Notes: generated by a model from the sequence alone, not told the origin. DNA of 64,000 bases from Candidatus Omnitrophota bacterium (GCA_043815185.1 JBDRJF010000001.1:153690-217689); one strand, 5' to 3'; shown: positions 8,563 to 18,966, counted from the first letter of the stretch. A program made the numbers and translations.

Positions 8563-8590
8563 ATTATAAGTAAATTAAGCCTTATTTCAA
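8563..8590 (-). promoter_or_regulatory. candidate truA promoter (TTGAAA-16-TATAAT)
   Basis: On the minus strand, TTGAAA is at 8585-8590 and TATAAT at 8563-8568. Confidence 0.45.
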
Positions 8591-8710
8591 GTTTTTATTG
8601 AATTTGTTTATGTTGACACTTTTTTATCGCTATGAGATGATTTGCCTGGGTAGATTAAAAAACTGCACTTTTCCACCCTTAAGTTCAACTGTTAGGACAA
8701 AAAAGGTTGA

Positions 8711-9727
8711 TTAGAGATTTTCGGCGATTTGGATAGCGTTGAGGGCAGCGCCTTTATGCAGGTTATCAGCAACACACCAGAGCCAGAAAGAATTCTCCTG
8801 ATTGGGGTCCGGGCGCAGGCGCCCCACAAAAACTTCATCCCTTCCCTCAGCATCAAGCGGTAAGCAGAAACCGGCAGAAAGATATTTTACACCTGAAGAA
8901 TTCTTTAATACTGCTTCTAGTTCCTTGATTGTAGCTTTATTTTGAGTTTTAAAGTAAATTGCCTCGCTATGGGAGGTAAAAACCGGGACCCTTACACAAG
9001 TAGCTGATATCTTTATCGAATTATCCCCGAAGATCTTGCGAGCTTCATTGACTACCTTTATCTCTTCGCTAGTATAACCGCTTTGATCGAAATTGCCAAT
9101 CTGGGGAATAACATTAAAAGCAATCTGATGGTTAAAACCCTTAGGTTCACCTTTTATCTTCTTATCTATATGGTCAAAATCTCTATCCTTATTTTCTTCC
9201 ACCAAATTCTTAGTCTCTTCCCAGAGACCAATAGCCGGGCCCTTACCGGCGCCGGAAACAGCCTGAAAACTAGTAAGAATAATCTGACTTAAACCAAACC
9301 TTTTAAAAATACCCCCTAAAGCAGTAACCGCCTGGATAGTGGTACAATTAGGATTAGCGATTAACCCCTTATGAGTGGCTATTTTATCTTTGTTCACCTC
9401 AGGGACTATCAAAGGTATATCGTCTTTGAGCCGAAAATCATTACCATTATCAATTACTACCGCCCCTTTGGCGATAAACTTATCGGCATAAAGGATACTG
9501 GCTCCTTTTTCACCTTCAGTTCCGGCAAATAAAGCCAGATCAATACCGGAGAAATCAGCCCCTTCTATTGCTTCAACCTGATACTTTTGGCCGGCAACTA
9601 CTATTTCCCTGGCCGAACGGGCAAACACTCTTAAGCTATTAATCGGAAACTTTCTCTGCTTCAAAATCTTAAGGATCGCTGCCCCTACTGCCCCGACTCC
9701 GATTACCGCTACATTCTGTTTTTTCAT
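8711..9727 (-). CDS. asd: aspartate-semialdehyde dehydrogenase
   Basis: 338 aa with an N-terminal Rossmann motif VAVIGVGAVG, the active-site region IANPNCTTI, and SGAGK. Confidence 0.9.
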   Translation of the reverse strand: MKKQNVAVIGVGAVGAAILKILKQRKFPINSLRVFARSAREIVVAGQKYQVEAIEGADFSGIDLALFAGTEGEKGASILYADKFIAKGAVVIDNGNDFRLKDDIPLIVPEVNKDKIATHKGLIANPNCTTIQAVTALGGIFKRFGLSQIILTSFQAVSGAGKGPAIGLWEETKNLVEENKDRDFDHIDKKIKGEPKGFNHQIAFNVIPQIGNFDQSGYTSEEIKVVNEARKIFGDNSIKISATCVRVPVFTSHSEAIYFKTQNKATIKELEAVLKNSSGVKYLSAGFCLPLDAEGRDEVFVGRLRPDPNQENSFWLWCVADNLHKGAALNAIQIAENL

Positions 9728-9743
9728 CTTTTTTAGTCCGTCG

Positions 9744-10799
9744 TTATAAGTTCTTAACCACTAAGTCACCGACTTCAGTAGTAGAATAGCCCATCTTCCC
9801 GGCTGAAAGAGTAGTTAACTTCTCCCTGACTACCTTAATAACCGAAGCCTCTACTGCCTCGGCTGCCTTGGTTTCGCCTAATTGTTCAAGCATCATCGAA
9901 AGAGCGCAAATCGCTGCCAGTGGATTGATTACGTTTTTGCCGGTATATTTAGGCGCGCTTCCTCCAATCGGTTCAAACATGGAAACTCCGCCGGGGTTAA
10001 TATTGCCTCCGGCAGCAATACCCATTCCGCCCTGGATCATTGCTCCTAAATCAGTAATAATATCTCCGAACATATTATCAGTAACAATTACATCAAACCA
10101 CTCAGGGTTCTTAACCATCCACATACAAGTTGCATCAACATGAGCATAATCAGTTTTTATGTCGGGATAGTCTTTGGCTACTTCATAAAAGGTTCTCTCC
10201 CATAAATCAAAAGCATAAGTTAAAACATTGGTCTTACCGCAAAGAGTAAGAGTTTTTTTCTTATTTCTCTTACGGGTATATTCAAAAGCAAAACGCAGGC
10301 AGCGCTCTATTCCCTTGCGGGTATTGTAAGAGACTTGGGTAGCAATCTCATTGGCTCCTCCCTTATCCTTAAATTCACCTATACCCTTATAAAGGCCTTC
10401 GGTATTCTCCCTGACCACTACAAAATCCACATCCTCTGGTTCCTTATCTTTCAAGGGACAGAAACGGCTATCATAGAGCTTCACCGGCCTTAAATTTATA
10501 TACTGCTCAAGAGCAAAACGTAAGGTTAATAATATCCCCTTCTCTAAGATTCCCGGCTTAACCCTAGGATGGCCGATTGCCCCCAGATAAATCGCATCAA
10601 AAGCAGCTAATTCTCCTATGGCCTCAGGCGGTAAGACTTCGCCGGTCTTAAGATAGCGCTCCCCGCCAAAATCATAGTTAACGCTCTCATATTTTAGTCC
10701 ATACTTAGAAGCTGCAGCCTCCAATACTTTTAACCCTTCTTTTACTACTTCCGGTCCGGTGCCGTCACCGGGGATTACGGCAATTTTATAGGTCTTCAT
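9744..10799 (-). CDS. leuB: 3-isopropylmalate dehydrogenase (beta-decarboxylating dehydrogenase family)
   Basis: 351 aa with IAVIPGDGTGPEV, NLRP, VRENTEGLY and DNMFGDIITDLGA. Overlaps leuD by 4 nt. Substrate assignment (isopropylmalate versus homoisocitrate or tartrate) cannot be made by eye. Confidence 0.75.
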   Translation of the reverse strand: MKTYKIAVIPGDGTGPEVVKEGLKVLEAAASKYGLKYESVNYDFGGERYLKTGEVLPPEAIGELAAFDAIYLGAIGHPRVKPGILEKGILLTLRFALEQYINLRPVKLYDSRFCPLKDKEPEDVDFVVVRENTEGLYKGIGEFKDKGGANEIATQVSYNTRKGIERCLRFAFEYTRKRNKKKTLTLCGKTNVLTYAFDLWERTFYEVAKDYPDIKTDYAHVDATCMWMVKNPEWFDVIVTDNMFGDIITDLGAMIQGGMGIAAGGNINPGGVSMFEPIGGSAPKYTGKNVINPLAAICALSMMLEQLGETKAAEAVEASVIKVVREKLTTLSAGKMGYSTTEVGDLVVKNL

Positions 10800-11281
10800 C
10801 TTTTATCCTTTAACCACTTGATTAACCCGCCAGCTCCTACAATCTCCTGCATAAAAAGAGGGAAAGCCTGAGAACTAAATTCCTTATTTAAATCAAGATC
10901 TTTTATTGTCCCCTTTTCTAAATCAACCACTAATTTATCCTTATTCTTAATCGTCTTTGCCGCTTGAGAAATCAAAATCGGAAGCCCGACATTTATAGCA
11001 TTACGGTAGAAAATACGGGCAAAACTTTCAGCAATAACCAGGGCAATTCCGCAACCCTTAATCGCCCAAGGAGCGTGTTCCCGGCTGGAACCACAACCGA
11101 AGTTTTTACCGGCAACTATTATATCACCTTTTTCCACCCCTGGGGAAAACTTTGAATTGATATTCTCCATACATTTTGAGCCTAAAAACAAGGGATCCTG
11201 GGAATCAAGGTACTTAGCAGCAATAATGTCATCGGTGTTTATATTGTTACCTAACTTATGGACTTTGCCCTTAATAATCAT
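10796..11281 (-). CDS. leuD: 3-isopropylmalate dehydratase small subunit (short, archaeal-type)
   Basis: 161 aa with GKNFGCGSSREHAPWAI. Confidence 0.8.
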   Translation of the reverse strand: MIIKGKVHKLGNNINTDDIIAAKYLDSQDPLFLGSKCMENINSKFSPGVEKGDIIVAGKNFGCGSSREHAPWAIKGCGIALVIAESFARIFYRNAINVGLPILISQAAKTIKNKDKLVVDLEKGTIKDLDLNKEFSSQAFPLFMQEIVGAGGLIKWLKDKR

Positions 11282-11282
11282 C

Positions 11283-12551
11283 TCATACTACCTCATCAGG
11301 ATGAGTAATTCGACCGGTAATTGCGCTGGCTGCTGCCACAGCCGGAGAAGCAAGATAAACGAAACTCTTAGGATCTCCCATTCTACCGATGAAATTCCTG
11401 TTAGTCGTAGCCAAAGCAACCTCCCCCTTATCTAAAATACCGCTATGGCCCCCTAAACAGGGGCCGCAAGTAGCCGGGGAAACGATAAAGCCGGCTTGAT
11501 GGAAAATTTCTAAGTACTTCTTTTTTTCTGCTTGCTGATAAATCTTGGGGGTTGCCGGAATAACGATTGCCCTTAACCCTTTACTTATCTTCTTACCCTT
11601 TAATATCTTAGACGCAATTTCTAAATCGCTTAATCTTCCGTTAGTGCAGGAACCGATCACAACCTGATCAAGCCTAACCCCCCTGCAACTATCTACACTC
11701 TTAACCTTACTGGGCAAATGAGGACAAGCAACCTGAGGCTTTAATTTGCTAACCTCGATAGTAATGACTCTGCTATACTTAGCATCAGCATCACTTCTCT
11801 CCATCTTTATGTTTTTTACCCGGGGGTTAACACTCATAAGATAAGCAAGTGTTTTCTTATCCGGTTCGATAACTCCGGTTTTAGCTCCGGCTTCAACAGC
11901 CATATTACAGATAGTAAACCGGTCATTCATTCCTAAACTTCTAATTACCGGGCCGGAAAATTCCATAACTTTATACAGGGCACCATCTACCCCTATTCTG
12001 CCGATAGTATTTAATATTAGATCTTTACCCCCGATCCAGGCCGGAAGTTTTCCCTGATAAATAAATTTTATAGTCTCAGGGACCTTAAACCAGCATTTAC
12101 CGCCGGCAATCGCAGCTGCTAAATCAGTTGAACCGACACCAAAACTTGCTGCCCCCAAGGCTCCGTAAGTGCAAGTATGAGAATCTGCGCCAATCACCAA
12201 ATCTAAAGGCTTAATCAAACCGGCTTCAGGCAGGAAAGCGTGTTCTATACCGCACTGATCAATGTCATAGAAGTGTTTTAGCTTAAAAGCCTTGGCAAAC
12301 TCTCTTAAAACCTTTACATTATTCGCTGCCTTAAGGTCACGGGCCGGGGTAAAGTGATCGCAGATAAGACCGACTTTTGCCGGATTGAATACTTTCCTAA
12401 AACCAGCTTGTTTAAATTCTTTAACTGCTAAGGGAGCGGTTATATCGTTGCCGAAACAGAAGTCTATCTTAGCATAGATAAAATCTTCTAGCTTTCCGGA
12501 CAAAGAATGTTTAAGGAGAATTTTCTCAATTAAGGTTAAGCCCATATTCAA
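11283..12551 (-). CDS. leuC: 3-isopropylmalate dehydratase large subunit (aconitase family)
   Basis: 422 aa with the Fe-S ligand motifs GADSHT, GSCTNGR and CGPCLG. Confidence 0.85.
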   Translation of the reverse strand: MNMGLTLIEKILLKHSLSGKLEDFIYAKIDFCFGNDITAPLAVKEFKQAGFRKVFNPAKVGLICDHFTPARDLKAANNVKVLREFAKAFKLKHFYDIDQCGIEHAFLPEAGLIKPLDLVIGADSHTCTYGALGAASFGVGSTDLAAAIAGGKCWFKVPETIKFIYQGKLPAWIGGKDLILNTIGRIGVDGALYKVMEFSGPVIRSLGMNDRFTICNMAVEAGAKTGVIEPDKKTLAYLMSVNPRVKNIKMERSDADAKYSRVITIEVSKLKPQVACPHLPSKVKSVDSCRGVRLDQVVIGSCTNGRLSDLEIASKILKGKKISKGLRAIVIPATPKIYQQAEKKKYLEIFHQAGFIVSPATCGPCLGGHSGILDKGEVALATTNRNFIGRMGDPKSFVYLASPAVAAASAITGRITHPDEVV

Positions 12552-12569
12552 TTAGTTTCCGGTTGTCAG

Positions 12570-13805
12570 CTATTTTAGTTCTTTTACCAAGAGGGTAGCG
12601 TTATGGCCCCCAAACCCTAAGGAATTGGACATAGCGATTCTTATATCTTCGGCTTTAGCTTCATTAGCTGTATAATTCAAATCACACTCAGGATCGGGGT
12701 TTTCATAATTTATTGTTGGAGGAATAACTTTGTCTTTAAGAGCCAAACAGCAAGCAATAAACTCAATCGCACCGGCAGCGCCTAAGGTATGGCCGGTCAT
12801 TGATTTTGTAGAACTGATAAAAATATCCTTGGCATACTCACCAAAGGTATTTTTTATAGCCTTAGTCTCCGTAGCGTCATTCAGCTTTGTACTTGTCCCG
12901 TGAGCATTGAGGTAAATCTTCTCATCCCTGTTAACTCCCGCTTCATCCAGTGCTAAAGACATGGCAACTGAGGCAGCGGCTCCTTTAGGATCCGGGGCTG
13001 TTATATGGAAGGCATCACAAGTTGCTCCATAACCAGCTAATTCTCCGTAAATAAAAGCGCCTCTTTTCTTAGCGTGTTCTAACTCCTCTAAAACGATAAT
13101 TCCCGCACCCTCAGCTATAATAAATCCGTCTCGTTGCTGATCAAAGGGCCGGCTGGCTCTTTGGGGCTGATCATTACGCTTAGAGAGCGCTTTTAAGGCA
13201 CAAAACCCGCCTACTCCCAGAGCACAGATACAAGCCTCGGTACCTCCACAGACCATCAGAGTTGCTTTATCCTGCTTTATGGCTCGATAAGCCTCACCAA
13301 TAGAGTGAGCTCCTGAAGCACAGGCTGTAACTACGCAAAAGTTAACCCCTTTTAGATTAAACCGTATGGCTACATGGCCGGCAGCTTCATTAGTAATCAG
13401 CATTGGGATCATAAAAGGAGAGAGCCTCCTCGGTCCTTTTTCTAAAAGAGTCTTATACTCCTTTTCAATCGTCTCCAGACTCCCTACTCCCGAACCAATA
13501 ATTACACCGATCCGGTAAGGATCAATTTGCTCCAGGTTTACACCGCAATCAGCTATGGCTTCTTCAGCCGCCCGAAGAGCAAATTGTACAAAACGCGGGG
13601 TTTTTCTTATATCTTTGGGGGAAAAATAATCTGGGGGTTGGAAATTTTTTACTTCACCAGCAATTCGAGAATAAAAATCGCTGGCATCAAACTGGGTAAT
13701 CTTCCCTATGCCGCTTTGACTTTTAATCAAAGAATCCCAAAAAGAACTCTTATCCTTTCCTAAAGAGGAAATTACACCGCATCCGGTTACAACTACCCGT
13801 TTCAT
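12570..13805 (-). CDS. fabF: 3-oxoacyl-ACP synthase II
   Basis: 411 aa with the active-site sequences TACASG, NAHGTST and GHTLGAAG. Confidence 0.9.
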   Translation of the reverse strand: MKRVVVTGCGVISSLGKDKSSFWDSLIKSQSGIGKITQFDASDFYSRIAGEVKNFQPPDYFSPKDIRKTPRFVQFALRAAEEAIADCGVNLEQIDPYRIGVIIGSGVGSLETIEKEYKTLLEKGPRRLSPFMIPMLITNEAAGHVAIRFNLKGVNFCVVTACASGAHSIGEAYRAIKQDKATLMVCGGTEACICALGVGGFCALKALSKRNDQPQRASRPFDQQRDGFIIAEGAGIIVLEELEHAKKRGAFIYGELAGYGATCDAFHITAPDPKGAAASVAMSLALDEAGVNRDEKIYLNAHGTSTKLNDATETKAIKNTFGEYAKDIFISSTKSMTGHTLGAAGAIEFIACCLALKDKVIPPTINYENPDPECDLNYTANEAKAEDIRIAMSNSLGFGGHNATLLVKELK

Positions 13806-13822
13806 TTTTCAAAAAACTATCT

Positions 13823-14062
13823 TTACTTCTTGCTAGTTTTCCCTTCGATATATTTAATCGCATCGCCGACATTAGCAATCTTTTCGGCATCCTCATCAGG
13901 TATTTCTATTCCAAACTCTTCTTCCAAAGCCATGACAACTTCTACTGTATCCAAAGAATCTGCTCCTAAATCATCGATAAAGGAACTCTCTGGTTTAATT
14001 TCTTCTTTTTTCACTCCCAGTTGTTCGGAAATAATGTTTTTTACCTTTTCGTCAACACCCAT
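13823..14062 (-). CDS. acpP: acyl carrier protein
   Basis: 79 aa with the phosphopantetheine attachment site [11 protein letters not shown]. Confidence 0.95.
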   Translation of the reverse strand: MGVDEKVKNIISEQLGVKKEEIKPESSFIDDLGADSLDTVEVVMALEEEFGIEIPDEDAEKIANVGDAIKYIEGKTSKK

Positions 14063-14084
14063 ATCTAAACCTCCTTTAGCTTTG

Positions 14085-14822
14085 CTAAATCATTCCGCCA
14101 TCAACCACCAGAACTTGACCAGTTATGTAATTAGCCTCGTCTGAGGCTAAAAACAAGGCTGCCTTGGCTACATCCTCCGGTGTACCAAATCTATTTAAAG
14201 GTATTCTCTTTAACATCTCTTCTTTTACCTTATCGGATAGTGCATCGGTCATCTTAGTCTGGATATACCCCGGAGCAATAGCATTTACACAGATACCCCT
14301 TGAACCTAACTCCTTGGCCAAGGACTTAGTCAATCCGATTAAACCCGCTTTGGATGCTGAATAATTTACCTGCCCGGCGTTGCCAATTATCCCGATAATC
14401 GAAGAAATATTAATTATTTTGCCCTGACGCTGCTTTACCATGTATTTTACAGCGAACTTGGAACACAAAAACGCCCCTTTTAAATTTACGGCAATTACCT
14501 TATCCCAATCGTTTTCAGAGAGCCTCAGAGCCAGATTATCCCTGGTTATGCCTGCATTGTTAATTAATATATCAATCTTTGAAGACTTGTCAATAATTTT
14601 GTTTAGAGCCTCCTGGACTTGTTTACTGTCAGTAACATCCACCAGGTGATAGGAGCACTCGCTGTGGCTGGATAGCTGTTCCTTAGCCTGGTTTAAGCTC
14701 TCTTCGACCAGGTCTAAAAGCACTACTTTGGCCTTAAGCTTAGCAAAACTTAAGGCTATTTGCCGGCCGATACCCTGGCCGGCTCCGGTAACAACCACTA
14801 TTTTACCTTCAAAATTCATCAA
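14085..14822 (-). CDS. fabG: 3-oxoacyl-ACP reductase
   Basis: 245 aa SDR with [12 protein letters not shown] and YSASKAG. Confidence 0.9.
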   Translation of the reverse strand: MMNFEGKIVVVTGAGQGIGRQIALSFAKLKAKVVLLDLVEESLNQAKEQLSSHSECSYHLVDVTDSKQVQEALNKIIDKSSKIDILINNAGITRDNLALRLSENDWDKVIAVNLKGAFLCSKFAVKYMVKQRQGKIINISSIIGIIGNAGQVNYSASKAGLIGLTKSLAKELGSRGICVNAIAPGYIQTKMTDALSDKVKEEMLKRIPLNRFGTPEDVAKAALFLASDEANYITGQVLVVDGGMI

Positions 14823-14859
14823 CCCTCCCTGCCTGCCGGACAGGCTTTACTTAAAAATC

Positions 14860-15765
14860 CTACCCCGCAGATAAGCTGGCAAAATCCTGGCTCTCGCCAA
14901 TATTAATAACCTTGGCTTCAGGGTCTATTTTTCTGATTAAGCCCCTTAAAACCTTTGACGGCCCGATCTCAAAAAATGAACTAACCCCGGATTTTATCAT
15001 AAATTCTACACAACCCTTCCATAAAACCGGCGAAGTTAATTGTTCTAAGAGGTTTTGCTTAATCTCAACAGCTTTAGTATGGGCAGAAGCGGTAAAATTA
15101 CTAACAATAGGGATTTTAGCCGAGGAAAATTCCATTCCCTGCATAACCTTCTTGAGTTGTTCTTTGGCCGAATTCATAAACCGAGAGTGGAACCCTCCGC
15201 TAACCTCTAGCTCGATAGCTTTGGCCGCCTGAGCCTCTAAAGCTTTATATATCTCATCCTTCCTGCTCTTATCCAAAGAAATAACTATTTGTTTAGGTGA
15301 ATTTATATTAGCGATATAGAAGCCTTCCCTTTTAGCTATATCTTCCAAACGATCCGGCTCAAGGCCAATAACCGCAAACATAGTAGAAGGATTAGCCCTG
15401 GCCGCTTCCTGCATAGCCTGGGCTCGTGCCCGCACTAAAACTACTAAATTTTTCAAACTCAACACTCCAGCTGCATATAAACAACTATATTCACCTAAAC
15501 TTAATCCTGATAAATAGTCAACTTTTAAATTCTTCTGGCTAAATACTTCAAAGGCGGCTAAACTAACGGTTAAAATGGCTAATTGCTGGGTGGCTGTCTC
15601 TTTAAGCTCAGAGCTTTCTCCCCGAAAACACTTATCCGATAATGAAAACCCCAAAATACTGTCTACCGAGGAGAAAATATCCCTGGCCTGAGGAAAATCT
15701 TGGTATAAACTCTGGCCCATTCCCAGATACTGTGCTCCCTGGCCAGGAAAAATTACTGCCGGCAT
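14860..15765 (-). CDS. fabD: malonyl-CoA:ACP transacylase
   Basis: 301 aa with FPGQGAQ and the active-site sequence GLSLGEY. Confidence 0.9.
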   Translation of the reverse strand: MPAVIFPGQGAQYLGMGQSLYQDFPQARDIFSSVDSILGFSLSDKCFRGESSELKETATQQLAILTVSLAAFEVFSQKNLKVDYLSGLSLGEYSCLYAAGVLSLKNLVVLVRARAQAMQEAARANPSTMFAVIGLEPDRLEDIAKREGFYIANINSPKQIVISLDKSRKDEIYKALEAQAAKAIELEVSGGFHSRFMNSAKEQLKKVMQGMEFSSAKIPIVSNFTASAHTKAVEIKQNLLEQLTSPVLWKGCVEFMIKSGVSSFFEIGPSKVLRGLIRKIDPEAKVINIGESQDFASLSAG

Positions 15766-15769
15766 AGTT

Positions 15770-16753
15770 TTATTTAACCCACTTAATTACGCAGCTGCCC
15801 CAGACTAACCCGGCTCCAAAAGCATCTAGCAAAACAATGTCATTCTCCTTAATCTTACCTTCTTCCCAAGCTTCACAAAGGGCTACTGCACTGGAAGCAG
15901 AAGACATATTGCCGTAGCGGACAATATTCTTATATATCTTATCTTGGGAAAGGCCAAGACGCTTTGATACCGCAGTTATTATTCTATCATTAGCTTGATG
16001 GGGAATTATTAAATCTATATCGTTTTGTTTCAGGCCGGCTTTATCTAAAGCTTTGCTTGCAGCCTTAACCATTAACCTTACAGCAATACGAAAAAGCTCA
16101 TTTCCCTTCATTTTTATATAGTGAAGTTTTTGGTCTGCAACTTCGGGAGAAATCGGATTACGCGAACCTCCGCCGGGAATATTTAAAATATCGGTCTGAG
16201 AGCCATCGCCGCCTAAGTAAGCGCTTAAGAAACCTGATTCTTGACATCCAGTTAAAACTGCTGCTCCGGCCCCGTCTCCGAATAAAACACAGGTAGAGCG
16301 GTCACTCCAATCAGTGACTGAGGAAAGAACTTCGCTGCCTACCACTAAAGCATTCTGGTATAAACCGCCCTTTATAAACTGCCAGGCCGTAACTAACCCA
16401 TAGACAAACCCGGCACAAGCAGCTGAAATATCAAAACAGGCAGCCTTCTGGGCCTTTAAGTAATCTTGGAGATAACAAGCAGTTGAGGGAAATTGTGTAT
16501 CGGGAGTAATGGTGGCAACGATAATTAAATCTAAATCCTTGGGACTTATCCCGGCCCGCTCTAAGGCAATCTCTGAGGCTTTATGCGCTAAATCAGAAGC
16601 TGCCACCCCTTTTTCCACAATTCTTCGCTCTTTTATACCGGTACGAGCAGCGATCCACTCATCGGAGGTATCAACCATTCTCTCTAAGTCAGAATTAAGC
16701 AGTCGTTTAGGCGGCAAGTATTTGCCTAATCCCACTATCTTGGCAGATTTCAT
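15770..16753 (-). CDS. fabH: 3-oxoacyl-ACP synthase III
   Basis: 327 aa with AACAGF (catalytic Cys), HQAN and GNMSSAS. Confidence 0.9.
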   Translation of the reverse strand: MKSAKIVGLGKYLPPKRLLNSDLERMVDTSDEWIAARTGIKERRIVEKGVAASDLAHKASEIALERAGISPKDLDLIIVATITPDTQFPSTACYLQDYLKAQKAACFDISAACAGFVYGLVTAWQFIKGGLYQNALVVGSEVLSSVTDWSDRSTCVLFGDGAGAAVLTGCQESGFLSAYLGGDGSQTDILNIPGGGSRNPISPEVADQKLHYIKMKGNELFRIAVRLMVKAASKALDKAGLKQNDIDLIIPHQANDRIITAVSKRLGLSQDKIYKNIVRYGNMSSASSAVALCEAWEEGKIKENDIVLLDAFGAGLVWGSCVIKWVK

Positions 16754-17738
16754 TAATTCTCCTATTAATTGCTCCGGTTAAATCCCGGGACAGTTCACGA
16801 ACAGCTACCTTAATTGCGTTTTTAACCGCTAAGCTGTTAGAACGGCCGTGGCCGATAATCACAATCCCGTCTACCCCTAAAAGAGGTGCTCCTCCATGTT
16901 CAGCATAATCAATAGAACTTTTAAATCTTTTAAGGTTTCCCTTGGCCAGTAAAAGACTGATTTTACCTAAAAGGCCTTTTTTCATAGCTTTAATCAAAAG
17001 CCGGGCCATAGTTTCGACGCTGCCCTCAGCAACTTTTAAAGCAATATTTCCCACAAACCCATCGCAAACTATACAATCGCACTTACCAGAAAAAATATCC
17101 CTGGCTTCCAGGTTGCCGGTAAAATTTAGCGGCGAGAGTGTAAAAAGTTTATGCACCTGCTTTAAAATACCCAGGCCTTTTGAGGCTTCCTCACCGATAT
17201 TAAGTAAGCCCACGCTGGGATTATCCTTACCTAATACTAAACTATAGTAGACTGATGCCATTATTCCGTACTGAAGTAGATGTAGCGGCTTGCAGCCAAT
17301 ATTGGCACCGACATCAAGGATTAAAGATGTGTCTTCTTTTGTGGGAATCATTAAAGCAATCCCGGGGCGCTCTACTCCTTCAATTAAACCTAATATCAAA
17401 GTAGAAGCACAAACTACTGCGCCGGTATTCCCGCAAGAAACAAAAGCATCGATTTTTTTCTCTTTAAGCAGGGTTGCCCCGATTACAATCGAAGAGTTCT
17501 TCTTCTTACGCACTGAGTGAACCGGTGACTCTGCCATTTCAATCTTCTCAGGAGCATCAATAATTGTAAAATCCGCTAAAGAAGCTTTATACAAAACCAG
17601 TTGATTCCTGATCTCACTCTCAGCCCCGATTAAGACAATATCTTCAGATAACTCTTCCCGGGCCAATAGTGCACCTTTGATAATTTCAGCCGGAGCTGAA
17701 TCGCCGCCGGATATATCTATCCCGATTCTATAGCTCAT
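16707..17738 (-). CDS. plsX: phosphate acyltransferase PlsX
   Basis: 343 aa with IGIDISGGDSAP. Follows rpmF with a 4-nt overlap, which is the canonical arrangement. Confidence 0.9.
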   Translation of the reverse strand: MSYRIGIDISGGDSAPAEIIKGALLAREELSEDIVLIGAESEIRNQLVLYKASLADFTIIDAPEKIEMAESPVHSVRKKKNSSIVIGATLLKEKKIDAFVSCGNTGAVVCASTLILGLIEGVERPGIALMIPTKEDTSLILDVGANIGCKPLHLLQYGIMASVYYSLVLGKDNPSVGLLNIGEEASKGLGILKQVHKLFTLSPLNFTGNLEARDIFSGKCDCIVCDGFVGNIALKVAEGSVETMARLLIKAMKKGLLGKISLLLAKGNLKRFKSSIDYAEHGGAPLLGVDGIVIIGHGRSNSLAVKNAIKVAVRELSRDLTGAINRRINEICQDSGIRQILAA

Positions 17739-17941
17739 CTTCCCTTCTTTTTCTTCTTTTCTTTTTGTTTAACCGCAACTACTTCCCTATTGGCATAATA
17801 TCCACAAAAAGGACAAACCATGTGGGTGGGTTTGGGCTGGCGGCACTGCTTGCACTCTACTAACGACGGAGCAGATATTCCCTGGTGTGTCCGCCTTTTG
17901 CGGCTGCGAGAACGCGAATGTTTTCTTTTAGGATGCGCCAT
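17735..17941 (-). CDS. rpmF: 50S ribosomal protein L32 (Zn-ribbon form, Lys-rich C-terminal tail)
   Basis: 68 aa starting MAHPKRKHSRSRSRKRRTH, with CxxC...CxxC cysteines. Confidence 0.9.
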   Translation of the reverse strand: MAHPKRKHSRSRSRKRRTHQGISAPSLVECKQCRQPKPTHMVCPFCGYYANREVVAVKQKEKKKKKGR

Positions 17942-17994
17942 TTATTTACCTCCTTAAGAAGCCGTGACTTTAACTCGGCCGATAATATTTCTAC

Positions 17995-18402
17995 TTACTG
18001 GCAATTGCATTGTTGCTGATTTAAATTCACCCCGCAAACAGGACAGATTCCGCTGCAGTCTTCCTTACATAAAACTTTCATCGGAAAATTAAGCAGAATA
18101 TCCTCGCGGATATCATCATTAATCTCAAGATATTCTCCCAGCTCGCTAACCTTGTAAGCTCTTTTAAAATTATAATCAATAGTCTGTTGGGCCGTTAACA
18201 AACAACGTGAACAAATAATCTCTCTCTGGGTAGTCACTGAAGAATCGACGATGATTTCCTCACCGACTCGCAAGAATTTACTCTTAAGACAAATAGAATT
18301 TATGAAAGCAATGTCTGAAGAATCTATCTCCCAAGAAGAAGCCGGGATTTCTTCTTCTACTTCTATTGCCTTATCCTTTATTTTTTCTATCTTTATTCGC
18401 AT
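17995..18402 (-). CDS. YceD/DUF177 family ribosome-maturation-associated protein
   Basis: 135 aa, acidic, with a C-terminal Cys cluster CKEDCSGICPVCGVNLN. Sits immediately upstream of rpmF, as is universal. Confidence 0.8.
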   Translation of the reverse strand: MRIKIEKIKDKAIEVEEEIPASSWEIDSSDIAFINSICLKSKFLRVGEEIIVDSSVTTQREIICSRCLLTAQQTIDYNFKRAYKVSELGEYLEINDDIREDILLNFPMKVLCKEDCSGICPVCGVNLNQQQCNCQ

Positions 18403-18874
18403 CTAACTTATTCTTTAAAGCCCTGGTTACAACCTGCGGCAGAAACTTCTTCAAATCAGCGCCCAAACAGGCTGCTTCCTTGATCAAACGAGAAGAAATA
18501 TAAGAGTACTCGGGATGAGGCATCAGGAAAATTGTTTCTACCTCTGAAGCAAGGCTGCGATTAGTCAAGGCCATTTGAAACTCATATTCAAAGTCGGAGA
18601 TCATCCGCAAGCCCCTTACGATAACCTTGGCTTTTCTCTTACGGGCAAAATCTATTACCAGTCCCCTAAAACCCTCTACTTTAACCCCTTTTATCTCCTT
18701 GGTAGCTTCTTTGACCAGCTTAACCCTGTCTTGATAAGAGAAAAAAACATCCTTTGAGGGTGCTCTGGCTACTGAAACCAGCACCTCGCTAAAGATTGAG
18801 GCAGCTCTTTGGATAATATCAATATGACCGTTAGTAATCGGGTCAAATGTACCGGGGTAGATAGCTCTATTCAT
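18371..18874 (-). CDS. coaD: phosphopantetheine adenylyltransferase
   Basis: 167 aa with AIYPGTFDPITNGHIDII. Confidence 0.9.
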   Translation of the reverse strand: MNRAIYPGTFDPITNGHIDIIQRAASIFSEVLVSVARAPSKDVFFSYQDRVKLVKEATKEIKGVKVEGFRGLVIDFARKRKAKVIVRGLRMISDFEYEFQMALTNRSLASEVETIFLMPHPEYSYISSRLIKEAACLGADLKKFLPQVVTRALKNKLDANKDRKNKG

Positions 18875-18966
18875 CTTTTATCTACAATGGTTTATCCTGT
18901 TTTATTACTTACTGCTTTTAACAAATCTTTGATTTTCAAACCATTGCTTCTGATGGATCCAATATG

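Noticed and set aside
4239-14845. G+C-rich imperfect palindromes sharing CCTGCCTGCC: 4239-4259 after the 423-aa nucleotidyltransferase gene, and 14831-14845 between fabD and fabG.
   Set aside because: There are only two copies, in opposite orientations, with bulged short stems and no U tract. That is insufficient to call a repeat family or a terminator.
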